Shown: positions 51,205 through 63,470 of the stretch, piece after piece
How positions within the stretch are numbered: position 1 is the stretch's first letter
Layout: every line of letters begins with the position of its first letter
From: Azolla caroliniana
Lineage: Eukaryota; Plantae; Polypodiophyta
NCBI GenBank assembly: GCA_043228905.1
Contig: JBHGNT010000017.1
Span: 2,232,001 to 2,296,000 of the forward strand
Direction of reading: 5' to 3'
DNA: 64,000 nt
Notes under the pieces: generated by a model
The model's database searches: none
What the model saw: only the letters and a program-made list of their open reading frames with translations
What the model was told of the DNA's origin: nothing
Position numbers and translations under genes: made by a program

Positions 51205-53065
51205 GGTGTAATATCCCTTGTCTTCGACAAAGCTGTCTTGGAGCCTACTTTTTGTCCAATGTATGCTGAGCTTTGTCTTCACCTAAGCAAAGCTTTACCA
51301 GAGTTCCCATCTGATGAGGGTGATGGAAAACCTGCCACATTCCGTAGGATTCTTCTCAATAGCTGCCAAGAAGAATTTGAAGGAGCCGATAACATGCGGG
51401 CAGAGATCCAAAAATTAACAAAACCTGAGCAAGAACTGGAACGTTTTGACAAAGAGAGGCTTGTAAAGCTTCGTACCCTTGGCAACATAAGACTTATTGG
51501 TGAGCTTTTTAAGCAGAAGATGATCCCAGAGAAGATTGTTCATTACTGCATCCAAGTAAGTTCGAAATGTGTTTCCGAAATGTATTCTGTTACTGAGTAG
51601 ATAACGCTATAATTTTGAACATTTTTGCAGATGCTTCTAGGGAGTGACCCAAAAACATCTCCTCCAGCTGAAGAGAATCTGGAAGCCCTGTGCCAATTCC
51701 TCTCTTCTGTTGGGAAGCAATTAGAAGAAAGTGAGAAATCCAAAAAAGCAATAGATGTTTATTTTATTCAACTTAAAGACGTATGTTCAACTCCCCGTTT
51801 GCCTCCACGCATAAAGTTTATGATTCAAAATGTCCTTGATATGCGGGCCAACACATGGGTACCTCGTAGAGAAGAGGTTAGTGCTAATTACATATTGGAA
51901 AAGATATTATAGTCTATAAGACTATTGTATAACATGCACATAATTTTTGACTCAGGTAAAGGCCAAAAAGATCACGGAGATACATGCAGAAGCGGAGCAG
52001 AATTTAGGTTTGCGACCAGGAATGGCTAGCCTGAGGAATGGTAGGGGACCACCTGGTATAATGGGCATGCCATTGTTAGGTGGTAACATAAGACCCGGTA
52101 GAATGATGCCAGGAATGCCTGGAATGCCTGGCCTTCTACCGGGCAGTGGTAAGATGCCTGGTGCTTTACCCCTTGTACCTGATTTCCCCATTGGAGATTC
52201 GGAAGGGTGGGAGACATATACCGCAAGCCGAAAGAATAAGATTCCGAAAGAAGGATGGATTCCGGCCCCAAGTGTGGTGCCCAATCGTCCCCTCATGCCT
52301 GCCCTTGGGCCAAGACCAGCTGGTACAAGCTCTAAGCTTTTACCCACTGGTAGTGGTGGAACTTTCCTTGGGAGGCCAAGTGCCCTTCTTGGTGATGCTA
52401 GTGCTTCTAGACCTGTCCCAACTCTAATCCCTACAAGACAGAATGTAGGTGTGCTTGAACAATTGAATCAGGGTCGTGCTGAAAAAGAGAAGATTATTGA
52501 ACAAGTGTCAAAGCCAGCTGCTCCAGCACCTGCTGGGTTATCTCCTGCAGTCCTCCAGAAAAAATCCGAGTCATTGCTTAAAGAATTCATTTCAGTTGGT
52601 GATCTTAAAGAAGCGAAACTATGTGTTGAAGAGCTGCAAAGCCCAGACTTCCATTCTCAGTTGGTGCAAATGGCCATTACAATCTTATTAGAGTCATTAG
52701 AAGGCCAACAGCGGGAGAGAGATCTGGTAAAGAAGCTCTTCGTACATTTATGGGCAGAAAAGGTTTTGTCAGATAAGGATATTAAGACTGGTATGATCCT
52801 CACAGCAGAGCAGCTGGAAGATGTTGTCCTTGACAATCCTTCGGCACCTAAGCATTTTGGGGATCTTATTGGGAAGTTGATACTTTCTGATGTCATTGAA
52901 TTTGGATTCTTGGTGGATATCCTAAAGAAAACCGAGGATACCTTTCTGAAGAGGCAAGTGTATGATTCAGCATTGAGGGCTGTCAAATCTGGACCAAATG
53001 CACAGAGTGTGCTGAGCCAGCAAGCTATTTTAGATGAATGTGAGAGGCTATTAGCCTCCACGTGA
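51205..53065 (+). CDS. eIF(iso)4G: eIF(iso)4G, last three exons only (partial MIF4G plus MA3); 5' part not found
   Basis: Exons 51205-51555, 51631-51876 and 51956-53065 with GT-AG introns and an open frame. [69 protein letters not shown]3 region. Confidence 0.88.
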
Positions 53066-54528
53066 GGAGCTACAGTTCCAGTGGACACTTTTTTTGGAGC
53101 CTGGAAATGTTTTTAAGATTGTCTTCTAGTTTTCTATTTTATTGGAATTCAGCTTAGTTGAAACTTAATTTATGTTGAAGATAACCCCACGGTTGAGCTA
53201 TTTGTTGCTGTATATTTTACGGGAGGATGGTATTGTTGGTGGCTTTCTTTTATACTTTTTTAATTGAAGGTTGTATCGTGGAGACATGTTGTCTTCAAGT
53301 TTTTTTTAGAAATTGAGTTCATAGATACTAAAAGTAAAACCATCTCAATCATTTTCTGCCTCAGAGTTCAAGTCGGCCCTTATTTTCATACATCTGAGAT
53401 GTGATTGCTATAGGTAACGCAAATAAACTAACTTGAATGCTTGTTACCTGGGTTTCCCACTGGTTTAGATTTATTGTGTTGAAAAGTTTCCAAATGGTGT
53501 TTTAGTGACTACGGTGAGCAAATCAGTGGTATTATAGACATATTCCCAACAATGTTTGGAGTGTAAGATAATTGGTGTGAAGTGGTCCTCAGTTTTATGG
53601 CAAGTGATCCTTGATGAAGAATGAAAACCAAACAGGTATGTAGACTGTATGCTAAAATGCCTTTGGCATTGTAGTTGCTTGTTTGTCTTTGGCAACAGTA
53701 ATAAATATGTGATTACTTAGTTTCAATTTCAGAATTCGCTGGATCTTGAGTTTTATGTGGAATTGTCACAATTAATGGTCTTATTATTTGGTTGCATTTC
53801 ATTTGACATATTCACATGAAGAATAGAATCATATTTTTGGTGTCCACTACTCATGTAGATTATTATAATGTTATAATGGCCTCTTGCTTATTTACTATTA
53901 CTATTCCTGAATATTAATGGGAATATGAATCACTTGGGGTGTCTTGCATAATATGTGATATTGCGATCTATGCTATCATATGCCAATATTTGCAAGGTTA
54001 TTGTCTACGTAGGTGTTATCAAGTGCAAATGCTCGACTCTAGCACTAGGGGTAGTGCAAAATTAAACTAAAAGAAACAATTTAGTAAAATAGTTTATTCA
54101 AATCTCATTTACTTCATAACTAGTTAGTAAATCAACATATGCTTTGCCATACAAATAACTAAAGAGAGATAGATACGTAAATAGATAGATTGATAGATTT
54201 ATTGTTGTCTTCAGAGGTCAAATATGACCTATGAGACCAAAAATATTACATTTTATGTAATACGTGTGAAAGTGAGTAGCAACTCTGTTGCCCGAGCTTA
54301 GGTACAGAGGGTCATAGAGATGCATTCTAGAGTTATATCATACATAACTTGAGTTCCAAACTACTTTCATAACTATTAGTCGTAGAATGAAAGCAATCAT
54401 AATGATACCTAAACTCCTAACCTTAAAATTTTGACATGAGACACCTTGGGATGTTATTTTATGTTTCACTTCTACTCAATTGTGCGAAAAATTAGGTGCA
54501 TTATGGGCTATTGTTTTATGTTTTATTT

Positions 54529-54952
54529 ATTTTTTAAACTACACCATAGTTTCCATTACCACGATAAGCTTATACAAAGCATATAATGATACAATCTAGT
54601 GGAGGGTAAGATAGCAAAGAAAAGGTATACCCCCCCCCCCCCCCCACTATGTCATAAGTGAAACCAAACTCTAGCTATGGAGGAAACAACCATTGATGGG
54701 GTACATATTGGCAAACCATTTTGTCATTTCTCTCCACAAAGACGAACAAATCCTTCCACTTGTTGTTAAATGATTGTTGTTTCACAAAGATGGTATCTTC
54801 ATTACCAGTGAAGGAGTCATATTGACCTTTTACAATTGAAATAAGCATCAACCAACTTTCTTTCACACAATGAACAAAATTCTGCATTATTTGTTGAAAC
54901 ATATTTTTGCATCGATCTATCCAAATATTCCACAAACCACCGATGATATTTA
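54529..54952 (-). mobile_element. Short 5'-truncated LINE 3' end
   Basis: WNIWIDRC...KGQYDSF...QWLFPP resembles the C-terminus of the LINE at 17430-17700. Candidate TSD TTTATGT(T/C)TTATTT at 54515-54528 and 54953-54966. Confidence 0.65.
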
Positions 54953-55745
54953 TTTATGTCTTATTTTGACTCAATTATGTAACAACTCAAGTGAATGTTA
55001 CTGATTAGCACTCATCTTAGAAGCTAGAGCACCATGTATTGTTACATTTCAAATTAGAGTTCACGTTGAGAGTTTGGTTGCAACATTTGGTTAATAAAGT
55101 TCTATTAATGGTCTTATTGCATGTTGTGTATGGTTTTGAATACGATTTACAAACATGCATATGAGAGTAGTAGTGACAAAACTTTGTATTTGAGGTATGC
55201 TGATGCCGAGAAACAAGCCTATGACAAAGTTGAACACATGCATCTCATTGTCCTCACGCAAATCGTTGGTATGGTCCATGCGCAAATGGCTTAGTATGGT
55301 CCATCTACTTTATGCCTTGGTATTGGCCCCCTATGTTGTTGTTCTCAACATCCCTTGGCTGGCACGATCAAGATTTGTTGGCGATAAGGAGTGATTGTCA
55401 TCGCATCCGGCATACTAGAACAAGGGTTTAGGAGCTTGAGCAAGTTTTGGCTAATCCGTGGTTGGGGTCATCTTTGTCTAGTGAGGATGGTGGTCGTGGT
55501 AAAGTCCAAGGGGAGTCAAGGGTCAAGTCACTCTCTAGATGACTCACTCATTCTTCTTCTTTCACGTAATCAACTACCCCCTCTTCTTCGCTCGCTCGCT
55601 CACTCTTCAGTACTCCCCTTCTCTTCTTCAAACGTATCCATTACGTTGGTTGCTGTTGATTTCCTCTACATACTCCAAAAGTTCCACCTCTTTCACTCAC
55701 TCCCTCTCCTCCATCTTATCCAACAATTCATATTCAGTTCGCGAG

Positions 55746-56285
55746 ATGTTGAACCTCCCAGCCACTCTCCCTCTCCTCTCAATCCTTTTTCTCATCATAC
55801 ATTCGGCAATGCCTGCGGAGGTTCTGGCTCTGCCTGTGGCGCTCACTCCCTATCCGACCTCCTCCTCCGACCAAAACATGGCGGTAGTGCAAGCCCAAGC
55901 CCAAGCTCTTATAGCAATCAAGGATGCAATCACCCATGACCCCTCTTCTTGCCTCTCCTCCTGGACCACCACCTTCCTTGGGAGATTGCCAACAGTTGCA
56001 GACCTTGACAGCTTCCATCCCCCCTTCCATTTGGCAGCTTCCTCACCTCCAGACCTCACTGCTACTCCTGACATCACTGGTTTATCCAACCTCAGGGTTC
56101 TCTCGGTGAGCTACAACCAGCTAAGCGGAGACATCCCAGGTTGGGTTTGGAAGCTTCCCAGACTGCAGGCACTCGACCTCTCCAACAATCGCTTCAGCGG
56201 CCGCTTCCCTCTGACTCTCACGCACCTCTCCTACTTCAAGTGCAATCTACGAGGATGTGCCGTTAACAATTAAGAACAATGTCTA
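55746..56285 (+). pseudogene. Internally deleted paralog of the LRR-RLP, interrupted by Copia-4
   Basis: MLNLPATLPLLSILF...DAITHDPSSCLSSWTTT joined almost directly to ATPDITGLSNLRVLSVSYNQLSGDIPGWVW. Ends YEDVPLTIKNNV at the LTR. Confidence 0.9.
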
Positions 56286-59200
56286 TGTTAAGATTACCCG
56301 TTTACACCACAAATGATAAAACATGAGTTATGAGGATAAAGACAAAATATGAGTTACAAAAGACAATAAGAAAAAGACAAAACAACTCTTACAAAGAACT
56401 AACGGCTCGTTATTACTTCTTTGTATATATATATATATATATGTATGAAGTATTGTTTAGAAAAGTGTGTGATACTACATCTAGAGTTTTCTGTAGGTTC
56501 TTACATTGTAATACACCTATCTTAATATAATATCTTACCTTGTTCTACATCCTTCGAAAACTCTCTCTCTTTCTGTTGTCAATCTAGCCCATTATATTCT
56601 GAACTTTTCTTACATGGTATCAGAGCTTAGTTGCACGATCTGAATCTCATACTCCCCTATAACCAACAAAACTCACCATATATTTTTTTTGAAATAAACA
56701 AATCTCAGTACTATCACTATGGCAAGCTCAAGCAGAAAATATACCTTGGACAAATTAATGGAGAAAAACTACAAAACCTGGAAGACTTGAATGGAGCTGC
56801 TACTTGATGTGGAGGAGTTCCTCGACGTCACAACTAGCGCTAGTCTAGAACTTGTAAAACGAGAGTAAGACGAATGGCATGAGTGGCGAAAGATGGATAA
56901 AAGAGCTAGACTAGAGATAATGTTAAATGTAGATGAAAAGCAGTAAGAAATTATTCGAAAACTCACATTTGCAGCTGCAATGTGGGCAAAACTGAAGGAA
57001 CTATACGAACCTCAAGATGGTACAACTAAACTCCACACCTTAGCTACCTTGTTTAATATGTGTGTTTTACAGGAAGAAGAAGATGTTCCTACCTTCTTAT
57101 CAACTTGGGAGGCAGCCATGGATGATGCAACTACCGCCGACAACTGCATCTCAGAAGACATCAAGATTGGATTAGTGCTAAGCAAACTCCCCGAATCTTG
57201 GGGAACATTCATCACTATGCATAGTAGCACGGCAACATTGTCTGAGCTACTTACTAAGATCCGCCATGAAGACATTTGACGACAAAAGAAGAATAATGCT
57301 CAACCGATCCCAATGGTAGTCTCCATCAATCGATTCCAAAGGGGTCATCTAGCAAACCAACAAAGGTACAGACTTGAAAAAGTAAGAAATAATGAATCTA
57401 ATAATAATAAAACATACATCAAGAGTGAAGCACAAAAATACTATGGAAACAACTCACGACAAAATGGAAGCTTTAGAATCATCTGTAGATATTACAAGAA
57501 GGAAGGACATACCGATCAAGTATGTCGCCTCAAGCAAGCAGAGAATAACTCCAACCGACCCCAGGCACATAATGTGGTTATCCAACAAGAAGATGATAGA
57601 AATCCAGAATACTCTTTTGAAGAAGCACCTGAACAAAATGGAGAACCTGATGAAGAAGAGTACATTCAAGCATATAATGCAAACACATTTGAAGAAAATG
57701 AAGATGATAGCACCTGGTTCTTGGATACCTGGGCTACTCACCATCTAACATATCGAAAAGACTGGTTGGACAACTATCAAGAGCTCCCAATACCATTGAA
57801 GTTCACCTTCGGAGACAAAGGTAAAAAATTGGCAGTTGGGAAAGGTAATATCAAATTAAGACTCATTAGTAATCATGTTGTACAAATTTCAGATATATAC
57901 TTTGTACCTGGAATTGCAAAACATCTATTATCTGTGGGACAAGCTACTGCAAAAGGAATGACAATCAAATTCAGCAAACAATAAGCTACCCTATACATCC
58001 AAGATGATCAACATGAGATAAAAATTGTATGTCCAAAACAAGGGCAACTATATCCTGTCAAGGAAAATCTAGGAGAAGCATTAGCTGCTGAAGTACATCA
58101 AGGAGGAGTAGACAATGTGTCCCCCACCTATCTATGGCATTGCCGGTTCGGTCATCTACATACACCAACACTCAAGTTGTGTCAAAATCAGAATCTAGTA
58201 AGAGAAACACCTTCCACAATCTTTAAATCTATTGATATTTGCGAAGGATGCATGTATGGGAAAATGGCTCAAAAATCATTCCCACCAAGTAACTCAAAGA
58301 CAAAGGAACTACTCCAACTTGTTCACATGGATGTATGTGGACCGATAACTCCCAACTCACACTTCGGAGCAAGGTACTTTATAACATTTATTGATAACAC
58401 TTCGCGATTTACAATGGTTAACTTTCTTAAACAAAAGGGAAATGCATTCAAAGCATTTTGTGCATATAAGAGCTTTGTTGAAAATCAAACACAACTTAAA
58501 GTTAAAGTAATAAGAAGTGACAATGGTGGGGAGTTTGTTTCACAAGAATGGGAAGCCTTTAACGAAAAAATGGTATATTTCATCAAAAGTCAACTGTCTA
58601 CACACCTCAACAAAATGGGATAATCGAGAGAAAGAATCACACCTTATTAAATGCTGCTAGGAGTATGCTGAAGACGAGTGGAATGGCCTCGAGATTCTGG
58701 GAAGAAGCAGTCGCCACAACTTGTTACCTACAAAACAGAACTCCTCACCAAGGTATAGAAGGACAAGTGCCATACACCATGTGGTATGGGTACCCACCTG
58801 AGATATCACATCTTCGAGTATTTGGAGCAACTACATTTGCATACATACAACCTGCGAAGAGGACAAAACTTGAGGATCGATGCATCGAAGGAAAACTTAT
58901 TGGATATGGGGAGCCATATGGAGTAAAAGCATACAGAATTTACCTTCCCAATACAGGTAAAATAATTTTTAGTCGTTCTGTGGAATTTGATGAGAAAAGT
59001 CTTTTTTCTAGGTCATCATATGTAATGAAAGAAACCGGGAGTGAACACCTTACCAAGGAAATCACAAAGTTAAGACTTCCTCAAGCAACAACAATGGAAT
59101 CTGAAAATGATGGGATGAACATCATCAACGCCGAACTACACAACAATCATGGTGCGCCAACAACTAATGCAACAGAAAACAGAGGAGGGAAACTCAACCA

Positions 59201-61520
59201 ATTACCTCATTCTCAGATCTTAACCACTCAAGATGAGGGGTTAGGAATCTCTACTGCAAAGATCGCCACCAAGCCTATGATCACCAAATCAGCCACTCGA
59301 AGTCTCGAACTTGAGGATGTGCTAGTGCATCGCCAACAACCCAATAGCTCTTCCTCAGCATCCGAATGTCGAAATTGTGAATCTGAACATACAAGTTCAG
59401 GTCACCTACAACCCTACACCTCAGAGTATCCTCAAAATCTCAAAATTGGTAGTCAATTTGTCTGCCAATCTGATCCTCAAAGCCTCGAAGGTGAACAAGT
59501 GTATGACCGAAGCTTCGAAAGCAACAATCAATCCACTGACCAATATATTACTCGAAGCCTTGAACCTGAGCATACGAGTGGCGACTACATTCAACCCTGT
59601 GCATCCTCCATGACTGCAAGAAAACAAAGCTCCAGATCTAAGAATATGGATCTCGGCCGCCTAAAAACCTGCAACCTCTCCAAAACAACCTTAAAAGACA
59701 AAGAAATTAGGGCTAAAAAGACTAAGGTAAGGTTACTTAGTGATATCTATGATGCAACTAAGGACGAGGTGCTTGAAAAATCGACATGTCACTTCGTAAC
59801 AGAGACGAAGTCCGACATATCCATCTTTGCAGCCATCATTGAAGGAGACAACTACGACACAACTCCAATTCTCACCTTCAAGCAAGCATTAAAAAGTAAA
59901 GAAAAAGACAATTGGGTTGCGGCAATTGAATCTGAATTCTCAGCACTCCAAAAGAATCACACATGGACATTAGTACCGCGGCCTTGTCACTCCAATGTCA
60001 TCACTTGTAAGTGGCTTTTTACGAAGAAATACGATGCCCTAGGTACTCCCGTGAGGTTCAAAGTGAGATTAGTAGCTCGAGGATTCTCACAAATACCAGG
60101 TGTGGACTACCATGAAACTTTTTCACCCACTCTAAAGATCATTGCACTTCGATTGATTCTTGCCATTACGGCATATTTAAATCTTGAACTTCATCATGTT
60201 GATGTTGAAACAACGTTTTTACATGGTGATTTAGAAGGAGATATATATATGGAACAACCTCAAATGTTAGATAATAATATAGACCCTAATTATGTGTGTA
60301 AACTTAACAAACCTTTATATGGCCTAAAACAATCCCCTAGACAATGGTATGCCAAGTTTCATAGGTTCCTCTTATCAATCAAATTTCAACAACTTCAATC
60401 AGAACCTAATATATATATAAGGAAAACAAAAACAGAATTCTTACTATTGGGAGTCTATGTGGATGATTTACCTTTGCTGGGACATCGAAAGACTTGGTAA
60501 TGGAATTTATTGCAGAGTTGCGACAACAATTCCCAATCAAACATCTTGGGCCACTAGAACATTTTCTTGGGATTCATGTAAAAAGGAATCAAACTCTAGG
60601 TACACCCTCCCTATCACAAGAAAACTTTGTTGATAATATACTAAGCAAGTTTGATATGGTTGAGTGTTCTCCAATCTCCACTCCCCTCACAGTACCATGC
60701 AAATTATCATTTGAAGATTCACCACATACAACTGAAGAAACTTACTTTATGAAGAATATCCCGTATCGCCAAGTGTTGGGGAGCATTCGATACCTCGTCA
60801 GTTGCACTCGACCCGACTTATCTTTTGCCATTGGATACCTATCAAGATTCATGGAGAATCCAGGAGTTAACAATTGGACAACACTTAAAAGAGTATTACG
60901 GTATCTGAAGTACACAAGGGATATAACACTTACTTACACATCATACTCTAAAGCCCAACATTCAAATATCCAAGGCTGGCTATCAACACCACTACATGGT
61001 TGGACATATGCAGATTGGGGGGGGGGGACAAGGATACCTCTCGATCCACCTCTGGCTATGTATTCCTATTTGCACGTGGTGCCATTTCATGGCGAACAAA
61101 GAAACAAGCTATTGTCGCCCTCTCTTCCACTGAAGCAAAATATATAGCAGCTACTCTCACTACTAAGGAAGGATTATGGTTGAAGTCCATCATTGATGAA
61201 CTTGCCATCCTCAAAATTTCTGAATTCAAGTTATGGTGTGACAACCAATCCTGCATCAAAATCACTAAGGACCCCAAGATCACAGAGCAAAACAAGCATA
61301 TCTGCGCACGATATCACTTCATCTTAGAACTTCTTGAAGAATCTAACCTCTCGATTGGACATACTTCAACACAAACTATGTGGGCTGATTTTCTTACCAA
61401 GCCAGTACCCAACGCAAAACATTGGAGTTGCTGCCACCATATTGGATTAAGTATTCATCCAAATAGATGAGTTGATGGTGTCACAGTTACAGGGGGGTGT
61501 TAAGATTACTTGTTTACACC
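56286..61520 (+). mobile_element. Ty1/Copia element (Copia-4, related to Copia-1), 3' LTR truncated
   Basis: 5' LTR 56286-56614, PBS TGGTATCAGAGC at 56615, decayed gag-pol about 56719-61470, PPT AGGGGGG. Only about 23 bp of the 3' LTR remain (61498-61520). Confidence 0.93.
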
Positions 61521-62657
61521 CCCTTGGAGCACTCTATCATTACCAGTATGTTGGCCGAATCTGCATCTTCGTAGTCAAATCGTAGAATTCGGCCATACAT
61601 AAATGGAGTTTCTTTTCCTAGCTGCCCCTCACCCTTCTTCTTTGCTGTATACAATACGACTTTTTTCTTTGAGTCGACATATTGCATACACCATTCCTTG
61701 TCTGTTAGATCTCGGTCAGGAAGGTCTTCGCCTCCAGTAGCGGCGACAAGTTTCTTTTGGCTTACATCACTATGTGGCTGAGATTTTGTCTCTTCGTTAA
61801 AGAGAAGCTTTTTTCCTCTCTTCATGGTCTCAGGAGTTACCTTGGTCTGGGCTTCAATTGGAGAACCTTGTATGCGAAGCTTAATTTTCTTCACAGGTCG
61901 GTCTGACAGGTTCTCAAACGACCTATTTAAGAAAGTATATGCAAAAACATAAGTTAGACAGTCACGTAGATTGAAGTTGTTATTATAATGAAGAACAGTT
62001 TCCAGGAGCAGTAACATATTCAAAAATCTATTATAGGCAGGGCTATTCAACCTAGAAAATATATATCGTAATAAGTAAAACGGGTTATATATTCTTTTAA
62101 ATAGTAGGTATGACTTATATAGATTCTAAACCTATATTGAGGAGAATTTGCCATAGTGAAGGCAATTTGTAGATCATTTTCTACTATTTTAAGCTAAAGT
62201 AGGTCATAAAACACCTATAATTAGAGCATGTATTTGTTTAAAAGTAAGTAAAGTCAACATAAAAAAGACTGATTTTGCCAGACAATTTGATATCATTTCC
62301 ACCCCGTAAATGATTTTTCTCTCTTAAAGCCTTCTTATATACAGGTACTCGATACGCCGTATCGAGTTCGTGTTTAAAGTGTAGGTTTTAAACATGAACT
62401 CGATACGCCGTATCGAGTTCGTGTTTAAAGTATAGGTTTTAAACACGAACTCGATGCGTATCGAGTTCATGTATACAATACAAATATTTATACACGAACT
62501 CGATACGCCGTATCGAGTTCGTGTATAAATATTTGTATTGTATACATGAACTCGATACGCCGTATCGAGTTCTTGAGAAACGAAACATATTTACAAAAAT
62601 GTCCACAGTGTCAGAGGCCTACCTGGACTCCTCGCGCACGATTCTCTTGGAAGACAT
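61514..62657 (-). pseudogene. Transposon-associated ORF2, copy B (spliced, 3' truncated)
   Basis: Exon 62657-62623 (MSSKRIVREES|R, 35 nt as in copy A), GT-AG intron, exon from 61922 in frame. EWCMQYVDSKKKVVLY...YGRILRFDYEDAD. Confidence 0.72.
62347..62571. repeat. Array of five AACTCGATACGCCGTATCGAGTT palindromes with about 28-bp hairpin spacers
   Basis: Same core as the 49701-50296 array but unrelated AT-rich spacers; the third copy has a small deletion. Confidence 0.95.
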
Positions 62658-63470
62658 GGTTGATCGTGTTGAAGTGGAGGCGGAGATCGCGCTTTCGTGC
62701 TTTGTGCTCTGAGTGCTTTGTGTGCTCTGTGTGCTCTCTGCGTTCTGTACGCTCTGTACGCTCTGGTGAGTGAAATATGATGAGGTCTTCCTATTTATAG
62801 GGATTGAACCCATGGTTAAAGTAACCATAGTCACCTTAACCAATGTTGGTAACTTTGAGGATAGTTAGTTTGTAACCATAGTCACATTAACTATAGTAAC
62901 TTATGATTGTATTAATGATTACAAAGTCAAACTAACATATTGATCAATCTTTTATACTCATAACAACCTACAATCACTTCAAAGGTTATGAAGGAGACAA
63001 TGATAGAGGTTCATGAATGTACCAATGATTGATTACTAAAAGCAACAATTTTTATGACTCTCAAATGTTATGTATTAAAGATGTGGGCATGAATTAACCA
63101 ATGATTGATAAGTCTAATATTTAAAATGGTGAGCATTAAAGAACCAATGAGTGAGACGTTCTATATCAAAATGGGTGTCATTAATTAGCCAATGATTTTA
63201 ACATTAATCCAACATATTCAAGGCTTGTTAATGATTCGTTTTATATTTTACTTGATTTAACATCATTTAGATCTAGTTTATATAATGATTGATAATTTAA
63301 GTTAAATTACTTTATTAAAAATAATTTTTAGATGTATTGTATTAATAGAATATTACATAATATAGACATTCTATTGATTTGGCTTTTGTTTAGAGAGAAG
63401 TTTATGTTTAGGGAGGAGTATATGGTTAGAGAGGAGTATAACTTAGAGAGCCCTATCTAGACCTTAAGCC

